From contig JAUIKY010000011.1 in NCBI GenBank assembly GCA_030430535.1, positions 13,920 to 77,919 of the forward strand: a stretch of 64,000 bases of DNA. The letters run 5' to 3'. The notes below the pieces were generated by a model. That model saw nothing but the letters and a program-made list of their open reading frames with translations. It had not been told where the DNA came from and did not search any database. The position numbers and the translations under genes are program-made. Shown in pieces: positions 19,969-29,105 of the stretch; positions within the stretch are counted from its first letter, which is position 1; every line of letters begins with the position of its first letter. This stretch comes from Bacteroidia bacterium. Its GTDB lineage: Bacteria; Bacteroidota; Bacteroidia; Flavobacteriales; Flavobacteriaceae.

Positions 19969-20628
19969 ATGAATCAAAAAACAAAAACACCCTGGCCCAC
20001 AAAAGCCGTGATGGAACAAATTTACGACCTTCACTTTTGGGGCGGTACCGATTTCGATTTTTATTCGGGTGCAGGTTCACACGACCCAAATATTATTACC
20101 CCATATTTAGACGCTGCAATTTCATTTTTAAAATCGTTTAACACATCCTTAACTGTATGCGATTTGGGCTGTGGCGATTTTAATATTGGGCAACATCTCG
20201 CACCACATTGCCATAAATACTTTGCTATTGATATTGTTGAAAAACTTATTGAACGCAATAAAACCTTATTCACTAAACCTAATTTAGAATTTTTGTGTTT
20301 GGACATTGCCAAAGACGACCTTCCGCCCGCCGATTGCTTAATACTTCGTCAAGTTTTACAGCACCTTTCGAATGCAGAAATTTTGGCCATCACCAAAAAA
20401 CTGGCCAATTACAAATACATCATCTTGACAGAACACATCCCCTCGGGCGATTTTATCCCCAATAAAGACATTATTTCCGGGCAAGGCATCAGAATAAAAC
20501 AAAACAGCGGTGTTGATATTTTAAAAGCACCTTTCCATTTAAAAGTCAAAGAAGAGCAACACCTCGGCGAGTATGCTTTCAAAAACAACAAAGGCCGGAT
20601 TGTCACCAAATTATATGAAACGATTTAA
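19969..20628 (+). CDS. Class I SAM-dependent methyltransferase
   Basis: VCDLGCGDF motif I, AIDIV, CLDIAKDDLP, RQVLQHLSN. Confidence 0.8.
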   Translation: MNQKTKTPWPTKAVMEQIYDLHFWGGTDFDFYSGAGSHDPNIITPYLDAAISFLKSFNTSLTVCDLGCGDFNIGQHLAPHCHKYFAIDIVEKLIERNKTLFTKPNLEFLCLDIAKDDLPPADCLILRQVLQHLSNAEILAITKKLANYKYIILTEHIPSGDFIPNKDIISGQGIRIKQNSGVDILKAPFHLKVKEEQHLGEYAFKNNKGRIVTKLYETI

Positions 20629-20779
20629 TCGTTCTTTGCAGGATTTCTAACAAACAAACGAACCAAACTCTCGCAAAGGCACGTAGAGGCAAAATTTACA
20701 AGAAAAACCACCGAACAAAAATTAGGGATACTTCCTTTAAAAACGTATATTTTTACATATTGAACACCAAACTAAACCC

Positions 20780-22321
20780 ATGAAAATTTTCACCGTTTTT
20801 TTATCAGCATTATTCGTTTTTAGTTGCCAGCAACCTGTAAAACCGGGGCCAGATTTCAGTAAATTGGAAACCATTCCCACCAAAGAACAAGTGGGTCATT
20901 TGGTGATGCCCGATACCATTGCACCAGTATCGGCACCGTTCAGCATGCCCATTTTCAAAAAACCGACCTTTCCAGACCGTAGCATCAATATTCAAGACCG
21001 GTTTAAAGGCAGCGAAAACGAACTGATAACGTCAACCGTACAAACTGCCATTGATGAACTTTCGGCAGCTGGCGGTGGCACCGTAATTATCCCAAAAGGC
21101 GAATGGCATACGGGACGCATTTCATTAAAAAGCAACGTGAACCTGCATATTGAAGAAGGAGCTACAGTTCGGTTCAGCACCGATGTAAAAGATTACCAGC
21201 CGGCCGTTTTTAATCGGGTTGAAAGCTTGGAGGTGATGTCGTTGGCCGCTTGTATTTACGCCAACAACCAAGAAAATATCGCTATTACTGGAAAAGGAAA
21301 ACTGATTGGCCCTTTTGATGGCGAAATAAAAGAACGTTCGTACATGAAGCCCATTGAAAGTTTGGTCGATTTATCAAAACCTGCTACCGAACGCATCCAT
21401 GACGGCTCAGAAGAAGATTGGATTTTTCCGCCTAAGTTCATTTCGCCAATCAACTGTAAAAACGTGTATATTGAAGGCATTTCATTGGAAAACACCTCCT
21501 TTTGGAACATAGTGCCCACCTACTGCGACAATGTGATTATCCGTGGGGTTTATGTGAATTCTTATGGCATTCCACGGGGCGACGGCATTGATATTGAATC
21601 CTCAAAAAATGTGTTGATTGAATACTGTACTTTAAATACGGGCGACGATTGTTTTACGATGAAATCGGGCCGTGGCGAAGACGGGCTGAAAGTGAACAAG
21701 CCCACTGAAAATATTGTGGTTCGCTATTGCTTGGCCCAAAAAGGCCATGGGGGCATTACTTGTGGTAGCGAGACCGCTGGAACGATTAAAAACTTATACG
21801 TACACGATTGCGTGTTTGAAGGCACGGTAGTGGGCATACGCTTTAAAACACGACGACCAAGAGGTGGCGGCGGCGAACACCTTTACTACGACAGGATACG
21901 CATGAACCTGGAAGCCACCTGCATAAAGTGGGACATGCTAGGCACACCCGCCTATGTTGGCCAACTGGCCGAACGCTTACCCGCTAGGGAAGTTACGCCA
22001 TTAACGCCCTTTTACCGCAATATTTCCATCAGCAATATTATTATTGAAAACGGCACACACTTTCTAAAGGTTTATGGTATCCCCGAATCACCATTAAAAA
22101 ACTTGACCATTGATAATGTAGATGCCCAATGTAGCAACTTGGCCATTATCCACGATGCTGAAAACGTCACCGTAAAAAATAGCAGCATAAAAACTTCCGA
22201 CACTATTATTGAAGTTTTAGGCGGAAAAAACATCGCTTTTAAAAAGGTGGCTTTTGATTTAGGAGGTGCCCCATTGGAAAAACCAGACGGGATTTTATTT
22301 GAAAATTGCCAGACCAAATAG
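20780..22321 (+). CDS. GH28 glycoside hydrolase (polygalacturonase-like), lipoprotein
   Basis: Lipobox FVFSC; GDGIDIES, TGDDCFTMKSG, GHGGITCGSE, RFKT GH28 motifs. Confidence 0.88.
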   Translation: MKIFTVFLSALFVFSCQQPVKPGPDFSKLETIPTKEQVGHLVMPDTIAPVSAPFSMPIFKKPTFPDRSINIQDRFKGSENELITSTVQTAIDELSAAGGGTVIIPKGEWHTGRISLKSNVNLHIEEGATVRFSTDVKDYQPAVFNRVESLEVMSLAACIYANNQENIAITGKGKLIGPFDGEIKERSYMKPIESLVDLSKPATERIHDGSEEDWIFPPKFISPINCKNVYIEGISLENTSFWNIVPTYCDNVIIRGVYVNSYGIPRGDGIDIESSKNVLIEYCTLNTGDDCFTMKSGRGEDGLKVNKPTENIVVRYCLAQKGHGGITCGSETAGTIKNLYVHDCVFEGTVVGIRFKTRRPRGGGGEHLYYDRIRMNLEATCIKWDMLGTPAYVGQLAERLPAREVTPLTPFYRNISISNIIIENGTHFLKVYGIPESPLKNLTIDNVDAQCSNLAIIHDAENVTVKNSSIKTSDTIIEVLGGKNIAFKKVAFDLGGAPLEKPDGILFENCQTK

Positions 22322-22514
22322 CAAAACGATAAGCTTTGCCGCAAAGTCCATTTGCATTTTTTTTGATTCTTTAGCCATAAAAACATAACTTAGCTAGAGT
22401 GTCTTCAGCATTGATTAAGCCAAAACCACCACAAACATTATGTACCACACATGTTGTTTTACATTTTGGCATTGTGTTTTGAAGCGTTCTGAAGCACAAA
22501 AACTAAACTGAAAT

Positions 22515-23519
22515 ATGGCAAAAAAACTAATCACTTTTGGAGAAGTCATGATGCGCTTGTCCCCACCGGGGTATTCAAAATTTGCCCAAGCCAATTCATT
22601 GGAACTCGTTTACGGAGGCGGCGAGGCCAACGTGGGCATTTCTTGTGCTTACCTTGGCATGAAAGCCGCACATGTAACCCGTTTTCCCGATAATGCCCTG
22701 GGAAAAGCCGCTACCCAATTTTTACGAAAACATTGGCTGAGTACTGAGCACGTTTTTTATGGCGACAAAATGATGGGCAAATATTTTTTAGAAAAAGGCG
22801 CAGTACACAGACCCAGTGAAATGATTTACGAACGTGAAGGCTCTTCATTTTCTTTAATTGAACCGTCAATGATTGATTGGGAATATGTTCTGAAAGACGC
22901 CGATTGGTTTCATTGGACCGGCATTACACCTGCCATTTCAGAAGGCGCTGCCATGAGTTGTTTAGAGGCCATAAAAACAGCCAATAGAATGGGTATTACC
23001 GTTTCGGGCGATATTAATTCACGCAAAAACATGTGGCGTTACGGCAAGAGCATGCAAGACATTATGCCCGAATTGGTTAAAAATTGCGATATCGTAATCA
23101 CCAGCAGTCGTGGTATTCGGGAAATGTTCGGTTTGTGCAGTCCGGACGACAAATTCAAGACTTGCGCCAAACGATTAATGGATACCTTTCCAAAAATAAA
23201 AAAAGTGGCAAAAAAAACCCGAAAATCGGTTAGCGCCTCACACCAACGCATAAAAGGCAAAATGTGGAACGGCGAAGAATATATAAAAACCAAATTTTTA
23301 AACATTACCCATGTTATAGACCGCGTAGGTACCGGAGATGCCTTCGCTTCTGGACTAATTTATGGTTTGTTGCATTATGATAACGATTTACAAGCCCTAA
23401 ATTTCGCCACAGCGGCCTGCGCCCTAAAACACACCGTACCCGGCGACGTTAATGTCGTGTCTTTGGAAAACGTCATCAACCTCATGGAAGGTGATACTTC
23501 GGGAGCGATAAAAAGGTAG
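22515..23519 (+). CDS. kdgK: PfkB sugar kinase, 2-keto-3-deoxygluconate kinase-like
   Basis: TFGEVMMRLSPP, GGGEANV, DRVGTGDAFASG; next to GH28. Confidence 0.75.
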   Translation: MAKKLITFGEVMMRLSPPGYSKFAQANSLELVYGGGEANVGISCAYLGMKAAHVTRFPDNALGKAATQFLRKHWLSTEHVFYGDKMMGKYFLEKGAVHRPSEMIYEREGSSFSLIEPSMIDWEYVLKDADWFHWTGITPAISEGAAMSCLEAIKTANRMGITVSGDINSRKNMWRYGKSMQDIMPELVKNCDIVITSSRGIREMFGLCSPDDKFKTCAKRLMDTFPKIKKVAKKTRKSVSASHQRIKGKMWNGEEYIKTKFLNITHVIDRVGTGDAFASGLIYGLLHYDNDLQALNFATAACALKHTVPGDVNVVSLENVINLMEGDTSGAIKR

Positions 23520-23618
23520 TTACAGGAAAATTTAAATTTGTTCTTAGTTTTAAATAACATACATTTACGAGGCTTCAGGCCTCCAGCACTTTAAACACCT
23601 ACTCAAAACTTCTTGGGT

Positions 23619-24578
23619 ATGAAAAAAATTTTAAAAATTATTGGAATTGGGATCGCTATTTTAATTTCTGTTGTTGCTTTTTTTCTTTTATATGTTGCAG
23701 TCACCGATATCCCTTCTTACGAAGTCAAAACAATTGATTACACTGCAAAAATCACCCCTGAAGCCATTGAACGCGGAAAAAAACTAACCATCATGCTTTG
23801 CGCCAACTGCCACATGGACAATGAAACACGGAAATTAACAGGAAAAAGAATGCTCGATGCCCCTCCTGAATTTGGCGATATATACTCCCAAAATATTACT
23901 CAAGACAAACAATATGGCATAGGCAATTGGACCGACGGCGAATTGGTTTATCTTTTACGAACCGGCATTAAAAAAAACGGACAGTACAGTCCGCCATACA
24001 TGGCAAAATTACCCAATATGGCCGATGAGGACATCAATGCCATTATCGCATTTTTAAAGTCGGATGACCCTTTGGTTGCTGCCAATGCCGTTCCGGACAC
24101 ACCAACACAGCCTTCCTTTTTAACCAAATTGCTTTGTCGTGTGGCGTTCAAACCTTTCCCGATGCCAGACAAAAAAATTGATATGCCAAATCCTAATAAT
24201 GCGGTTGAACTGGGTAAATATCTGGCGCATAATCTCGATTGCTTTTCGTGCCATTCGTCAGATTTCAAAACCAACAATTATTTAAACCCCACACTAAGCG
24301 AAGGCTATTTTGCAGGAGGCAACAAACCTTTGGATGAAGAAGGCCGTGTAATGCTGACCCAAAACCTAACTTCGGACAAAGAAACCGGCATTGGCAATTG
24401 GGCAAAAGCAGACTTTATCAATGCCGTAAAATACGGCATTAAAAAAGGTGAAAATGCGCTGCGTTACCCTATGGTGCCCTATACCCAACTCACCGATGAA
24501 GAAGCAGGAGCCATTTATGAATACCTTCAAACCATACCTCCCATTAAAAACAAGGTGGAACGATCGGTTTACAATTAA
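23619..24578 (+). CDS. Membrane-anchored dihaem c-type cytochrome
   Basis: N-terminal TM helix, CANCH and CFSCH, SQNITQD/TQNLTSD...GIGNW and PMVPY axial Met motifs. Confidence 0.85.
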   Translation: MKKILKIIGIGIAILISVVAFFLLYVAVTDIPSYEVKTIDYTAKITPEAIERGKKLTIMLCANCHMDNETRKLTGKRMLDAPPEFGDIYSQNITQDKQYGIGNWTDGELVYLLRTGIKKNGQYSPPYMAKLPNMADEDINAIIAFLKSDDPLVAANAVPDTPTQPSFLTKLLCRVAFKPFPMPDKKIDMPNPNNAVELGKYLAHNLDCFSCHSSDFKTNNYLNPTLSEGYFAGGNKPLDEEGRVMLTQNLTSDKETGIGNWAKADFINAVKYGIKKGENALRYPMVPYTQLTDEEAGAIYEYLQTIPPIKNKVERSVYN

Positions 24579-24612
24579 AAAACTCTAAATATTGAAAACT
24601 AAATTCTGAACC

Positions 24613-25083
24613 ATGAAAAAAATTGAATTTAAAGAACAGATAAAAGCCTCTAAAAAAACAGTTTATGAAACTATGCTGGGGTTAAACGACATAACCACTT
24701 ATGAGCAATGGACCGCTGAATTCAACCCCACTTCTACTTATGAAGGCAGTTGGAATAAAGGGGACAAAATTTATTTTATCGGCACAGATGAAAATGGCAA
24801 GCGTGGCGGAATGGTCTCTGAAATTGCGGATAACACCCCTTTTGAATTCGTATCGATAAGGCACAACGGCATTCTTGATGGCGAAAACGAAATAACCTCT
24901 GGTGAACAAGTTGACGGTTGGGCGGGAAGTTTAGAAAACTATTCGTTTCAAGAAAATGATGGCATCACAACCGTAAAAGTCGAAATGGATGCAAATGATG
25001 ATTACATCGACTATTTTTCAGGAACTTGGCCCAAAGCATTAAAGAAACTTAAAAACATTGCAGAAAACAAAACGAACAGTTAA
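24613..25083 (+). CDS. SRPBCC (START-like) domain protein
   Basis: YEQWTAEF, EGSWNKGDKIYF, ENYSFQE, WPKALKKLK pattern. Confidence 0.75.
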   Translation: MKKIEFKEQIKASKKTVYETMLGLNDITTYEQWTAEFNPTSTYEGSWNKGDKIYFIGTDENGKRGGMVSEIADNTPFEFVSIRHNGILDGENEITSGEQVDGWAGSLENYSFQENDGITTVKVEMDANDDYIDYFSGTWPKALKKLKNIAENKTNS

Positions 25084-25237
25084 CAATGAGGATAAGGAAT
25101 TGCTCATTTCTACCTTTTCTAAGAATTTTTTCGGGTTTATCTAAAATTTGGTTTGATTCTCTTATTTAAAAAACTAACTTCGTTTATTGACTGATATGAG
25201 TCATTAAAACGGCGGCATATCATTAAAGTTGGACATA
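25078..25237 (+). repeat. attC-like cassette-boundary element 1
   Basis: Begins at SRPBCC stop: TAAC-AATG-N9-AATTGCT; ends ...TATCATTAAA-GTTGGAC (GTTRRRY core) 14 nt before next ATG. Confidence 0.5.
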
Positions 25238-25248
25238 ATTAACCGCGA

Positions 25249-26001
25249 ATGAAAAACTTTAGTAAATTCTCCGAAATTGAATTTCAAAAATTATGTGAAT
25301 CTCAAGAAGAGTTTTATTCAAAATATAATTTAGAATCATATGCAAATTGGTTTTATGACCAAGAAAGTGAATTACTGAGAATTTACAATGATGATGAAGA
25401 TGAATTATTCTTTAAATATACACCAATTGGAACATACTCATTAAAATCAAACACTTGGTTATGGAGTTGGAATAATGAGGACTCAATTGCAAAAAGTAAA
25501 AATGAAACTTTGAAAGTTAAATCTTTTGGAGAAAAATACAATTTTGAAAAACTAACAACTGGACTTGTTGAATGTAAAAAAGACGAGTGTTGGAACTTTG
25601 TTGCAATTAGTAGAAAATTTATTGAAAATATTGGAGCTTACTGTACTGAATCTAAAGGTTTATTGAGTTACAAGTTAATAACCTCTGAGTTTTTAGATAA
25701 AGAATCAATTTCAATAAAAAAAATGAAAGAAAAGATTGTTGATTGTGGAATTCACGGTTACAGAAGACCTGCTTTTGTTTGTCAACATTTGAATACTAAA
25801 ACTGCAATAGGTTTTGAAGAAGCATTTGAAACTTACAGAGGAATGGAATTAGAAGAAGATGACGACTTTTGTGCCTGGTGTAGTGAATGTGAAAAAGTAA
25901 GAATTGAAAATGATGGATGGAACGAAGAATCTGAAAAATTTGCAAAAATCAAATTAGTATGTGAAGAATGCTATTTTGAAATGAAAGAACTAAATGATTA
26001 A
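25249..26001 (+). CDS. AT-rich hypothetical protein: DUF6882-like N-domain plus Cys/His-rich C-domain
   Basis: WFYDQES...IGTYS..SNTWLWSWNN; C-terminal CGIHG, FVCQH, CAWCSEC, CEEC. Confidence 0.65.
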   Translation: MKNFSKFSEIEFQKLCESQEEFYSKYNLESYANWFYDQESELLRIYNDDEDELFFKYTPIGTYSLKSNTWLWSWNNEDSIAKSKNETLKVKSFGEKYNFEKLTTGLVECKKDECWNFVAISRKFIENIGAYCTESKGLLSYKLITSEFLDKESISIKKMKEKIVDCGIHGYRRPAFVCQHLNTKTAIGFEEAFETYRGMELEEDDDFCAWCSECEKVRIENDGWNEESEKFAKIKLVCEECYFEMKELND

Positions 26002-26007
26002 AAAAAC

Positions 26008-26112
26008 TATGGCTAACAACGTTCATATTCAATTGCTAGCTTTTGCCTAATTTGGAAAACCCTCGAGGATTTTCCATTCAGTAATTATTTGCTATTTTAG
26101 TACTTAAACCAC
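26008..26112 (+). repeat. attC-like cassette-boundary element 2 (3' truncated by the folK end)
   Basis: TATGGCTAAC-AACG-N9-AATTGCT with same spacing as element 1; internal GGAAAACCCTCGAGGATTTCC hairpin. Confidence 0.5.
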
Positions 26113-26122
26113 ACCTCTCAAA

Positions 26123-27253
26123 CTACTCCCCACAAATCTCGCCCAACACCCACAAATAATCGGCTCGGTTTTCCACAAAATCCTTTTCAGAAATATCAAT
26201 GATTTTAGTATTAAAATCAGTTTGCGATTTTAAAAACTCCAAATAGCCCGTATTTATTTTTTCCAGATATTCGTTGGCTATGTTTTGTTCGTAATCGCGC
26301 CCGCGTTTTTTAATGTTTTGTTGCAACCGTTCGGTGTTTTGGTAGAGGTACACGTATAGATCAGGCGTTTTTAAATCCTTGTACATGAGGTTGAACAATT
26401 TTCGGTACAACTTAAACTCATCTTCCTGAAGCGTAATTTTAGAAAAAATAAGCGATTTAAACACATCGTAATCGCTCACAATAAAATCCTTAAACAAATC
26501 GAGCTGCGCCAAATCGTCGCTGATTTGCTGGTAACGGTCGGCCAAAAACGACATTTCCAACGCAAAGGCATAACGGTTGGCATCTTCGTAAAATTTGGGC
26601 AAAAAAGGGTTATCGGCAAAACGCTCTAAAATGAGTTTCGCATTAAAATCGTTGGCAATTTTAGTGGCCAAACTGGTTTTTCCCGCACCAATATTCCCTT
26701 CAATAGCAATATAATTGTAGTTTGAAAAGCTAAAGGTTTTACTGGGGTTTTTCAACCATAAATTAATGGGTTCCAAGTCCGATTCGTCTTCACATGCCTC
26801 CAACAAAACCGAAACGGATGTCTTTAAAACCGGATGTTCCTCTTTGCTCGCCACATCGTTCAATGGAAACAACACAAAACGCCTTTTTTGCATTTCGGGA
26901 TGCGGCACTTGCAGCGTTCCTGTATCTATAATGCTATCCTCAGCAAAAACAATATCCAAATCAATAGTCCGTGCTTCGTAACCAGCACCATCGGTGCGCG
27001 TTCTTCCCAATTGGGTTTCAATCTTCAAAAGTTTATCGAGAACTTCTTGGGGCTGTAACCTGCTGTGCAATTCCAAACAGCAATTAAAAAAATCATCGCC
27101 CTCAAAACCAAAAGCGGGCGATTTATAAACCCTCGAAATTTTGGCCACATGCCCAATTTCGGTGTAAATGGCATCAACGGCAAGCTGTAGATTTTTAAAC
27201 TTATCGCCCTTGTTACTGCCCAGCGCAATGTAAAATGTGGTCGGTTTTATCAT
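26123..27253 (-). CDS. folK: HPPK (FolK) fused to deoxynucleoside kinase
   Basis: ALGSNKG, RTIDLDI, VPHPEMQKRRFVL; C-half IAIEGNIGAGKTSL P-loop, ERFADNPFL, KRGRDYE. Confidence 0.92.
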   Translation of the reverse strand: MIKPTTFYIALGSNKGDKFKNLQLAVDAIYTEIGHVAKISRVYKSPAFGFEGDDFFNCCLELHSRLQPQEVLDKLLKIETQLGRTRTDGAGYEARTIDLDIVFAEDSIIDTGTLQVPHPEMQKRRFVLFPLNDVASKEEHPVLKTSVSVLLEACEDESDLEPINLWLKNPSKTFSFSNYNYIAIEGNIGAGKTSLATKIANDFNAKLILERFADNPFLPKFYEDANRYAFALEMSFLADRYQQISDDLAQLDLFKDFIVSDYDVFKSLIFSKITLQEDEFKLYRKLFNLMYKDLKTPDLYVYLYQNTERLQQNIKKRGRDYEQNIANEYLEKINTGYLEFLKSQTDFNTKIIDISEKDFVENRADYLWVLGEICGE

Positions 27254-27336
27254 TATGCGACAAAATAATAAAAAGTAAATGGTTTACTTTATATTTACGC
27301 TGCGTAATTTATTCACAACACACCTAAAATATTGCC

Positions 27337-27855
27337 ATGCCAGTAATAAAACCAGTAAACGGCGTTTCGCCACAAATTCCAGACGACTGCTACATCGCCG
27401 AAAATGCCACCATAGTGGGCGACGTAAAAATGGGCAACCAATGCAGCGTATGGTTTAGCGCCGTAATTCGGGGCGATGTTAACTTCATAAAAATGGGCAA
27501 CAAAGTGAACGTTCAGGATGGCGCCGTAATACACGGCACCTACCAAAAGCACGGCACCACCATTGGCAACAACGTATCCATTGGGCATAACGCCTTGGTT
27601 CACGGCTGCACCTTAAAAGATAATGTTTTGGTGGGCATGGGCAGCATTATTATGGACGGCTGCGTAGTAGAAAGCAATAGTATTATTGCCGCCGGAGCCG
27701 TGGTGCCACAAAACACCATTGTTGAGGCCGGAAGCATTTACGCCGGCGTGCCAGCCAAAAAAATAAAGGATATTAGCGAAGCACTCATTTCGGGCGAAAT
27801 AGACCGCATTGCCAATAACTATATTAAATATTCGAGTTGGTTTAAGGAAGAATAG
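27337..27855 (+). CDS. Gamma carbonic anhydrase family protein (YrdA-like)
   Basis: Hexapeptide repeats, IRGDVN, NVQDGAVIH, IGHNALVHGC Zn-His motifs. Confidence 0.9.
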   Translation: MPVIKPVNGVSPQIPDDCYIAENATIVGDVKMGNQCSVWFSAVIRGDVNFIKMGNKVNVQDGAVIHGTYQKHGTTIGNNVSIGHNALVHGCTLKDNVLVGMGSIIMDGCVVESNSIIAAGAVVPQNTIVEAGSIYAGVPAKKIKDISEALISGEIDRIANNYIKYSSWFKEE

Positions 27856-28022
27856 TTTGGGCGTTACCCCTCCACAAGCTCAGGGTCGGGCTTTACACTA
27901 TATCTTTTTAAAAAGCACAATGCCATTTCGCGGCGCAACGTTCAGTCCCATCAACCTTAGCCCAACAAATGGCCTTTTACCTTTCGCTTTTCTAAAAAGG
28001 ATGCCGTTTCAATCCCTAACGC
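27856..28022 (+). ncRNA. Flavo-1-like structured repeat/RNA motif
   Basis: TTTGGGCG...GGGTCGGGCTTT(A)CACT-ATATCTTTTT...AAAAAGGATGCCGTTTCAATCCCTAACGC; recognised from memory of Flavo-1, second copy at 49767. Confidence 0.65.
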
Positions 28023-28208
28023 AACCTGCCCAAAAACTAGTCCATTCAGTAAACTTGTTTTTTCAATTACAGCCTAAAAACCTTAAAAAATAGTTAATTT
28101 TCAACAAAAACAAGCCTTTTTCAAAAGAAATTCGCCGATTTATTAGGATTTTCGGTTAAATCGTTTATGTTGTATAGTGTATAACTATATAAAACTTACA
28201 AGCAGTAC

Positions 28209-29072
28209 ATGAGGCAGTTAAAAATCACAAAACAAGTTACCAATCGCGAGTCGAAATCCTTAGACAAATACCTTCAAGACATTAGCAAAATACCCATGAT
28301 CACCGCCGACGAGGAGGTAGAATTGGCACAGCGCATAAAACAGGGGGATCAAAAGGCTTTGGAAAAACTCACGACTGCGAATTTACGTTTTGTGGTTTCC
28401 GTTTCTAAACAGTACCAAAACCAAGGTTTAAAACTGCCCGATTTAATCAACGAAGGCAATGCTGGCCTAGTAAAAGCGGCAAAACGATTTGACGAAACCC
28501 GTGGTTTTAAATTCATTTCGTATGCCGTTTGGTGGATTCGCCAAGCAATTCTTCAAGCTTTAGCCGAACAATCTCGAATAGTTAGATTACCTTTGAACAA
28601 AATTGGGTCGATAAACAAAATCAACAAAGCCTATTCGCATTTGGAACAAACACACGAACGGGCACCAAGTGCGCACGAGATTGCCAAAAACTTGGACCTC
28701 ACCGAAAGCAACGTTAAGCAATCGATGAAAATTTCGGGCCGCCATGTTTCGATGGATGCGCCCTTAAAGGAAGGTGAAGATTTCAGTTTGTACGATGTGG
28801 TAAAAACCGATGAATTGCCAAGCCCCGATTCTGATTTGATTCAAGATTCGTTGAATGTGGAGGTCAATAGGGCGTTGGACACGCTATCGGAAAAAGAGGC
28901 CGAAGTAATAAGGCATTATTACGGCATTAGCAAAAAGCACCCCATGAGCCTACAGGAAATTGGTGATGCTTTTGGCTTGACCAGAGAGCGCGTAAGACAA
29001 ATAAAAGAAAAGGGGATTCGCCGATTGCGACACACCTCGAAAAGTAAAGTATTAAAAACGTATTTGGGATAA
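28209..29072 (+). CDS. RpoD/SigA-family sigma70 factor (short Bacteroidota type), probably a paralogue of the primary sigma
   Basis: [47 protein letters not shown]; no region 1.1. Confidence 0.9.
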   Translation: MRQLKITKQVTNRESKSLDKYLQDISKIPMITADEEVELAQRIKQGDQKALEKLTTANLRFVVSVSKQYQNQGLKLPDLINEGNAGLVKAAKRFDETRGFKFISYAVWWIRQAILQALAEQSRIVRLPLNKIGSINKINKAYSHLEQTHERAPSAHEIAKNLDLTESNVKQSMKISGRHVSMDAPLKEGEDFSLYDVVKTDELPSPDSDLIQDSLNVEVNRALDTLSEKEAEVIRHYYGISKKHPMSLQEIGDAFGLTRERVRQIKEKGIRRLRHTSKSKVLKTYLG

Positions 29073-29105
29073 TCCTAAATCATCAAATAAATTTAAATTC
29101 TATAT

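Noticed and set aside
27809-28093. 94-aa ORF after the gamma carbonic anhydrase
   Set aside because: It is a read-through of the Flavo-1-like element and overlaps the real gene out of frame.
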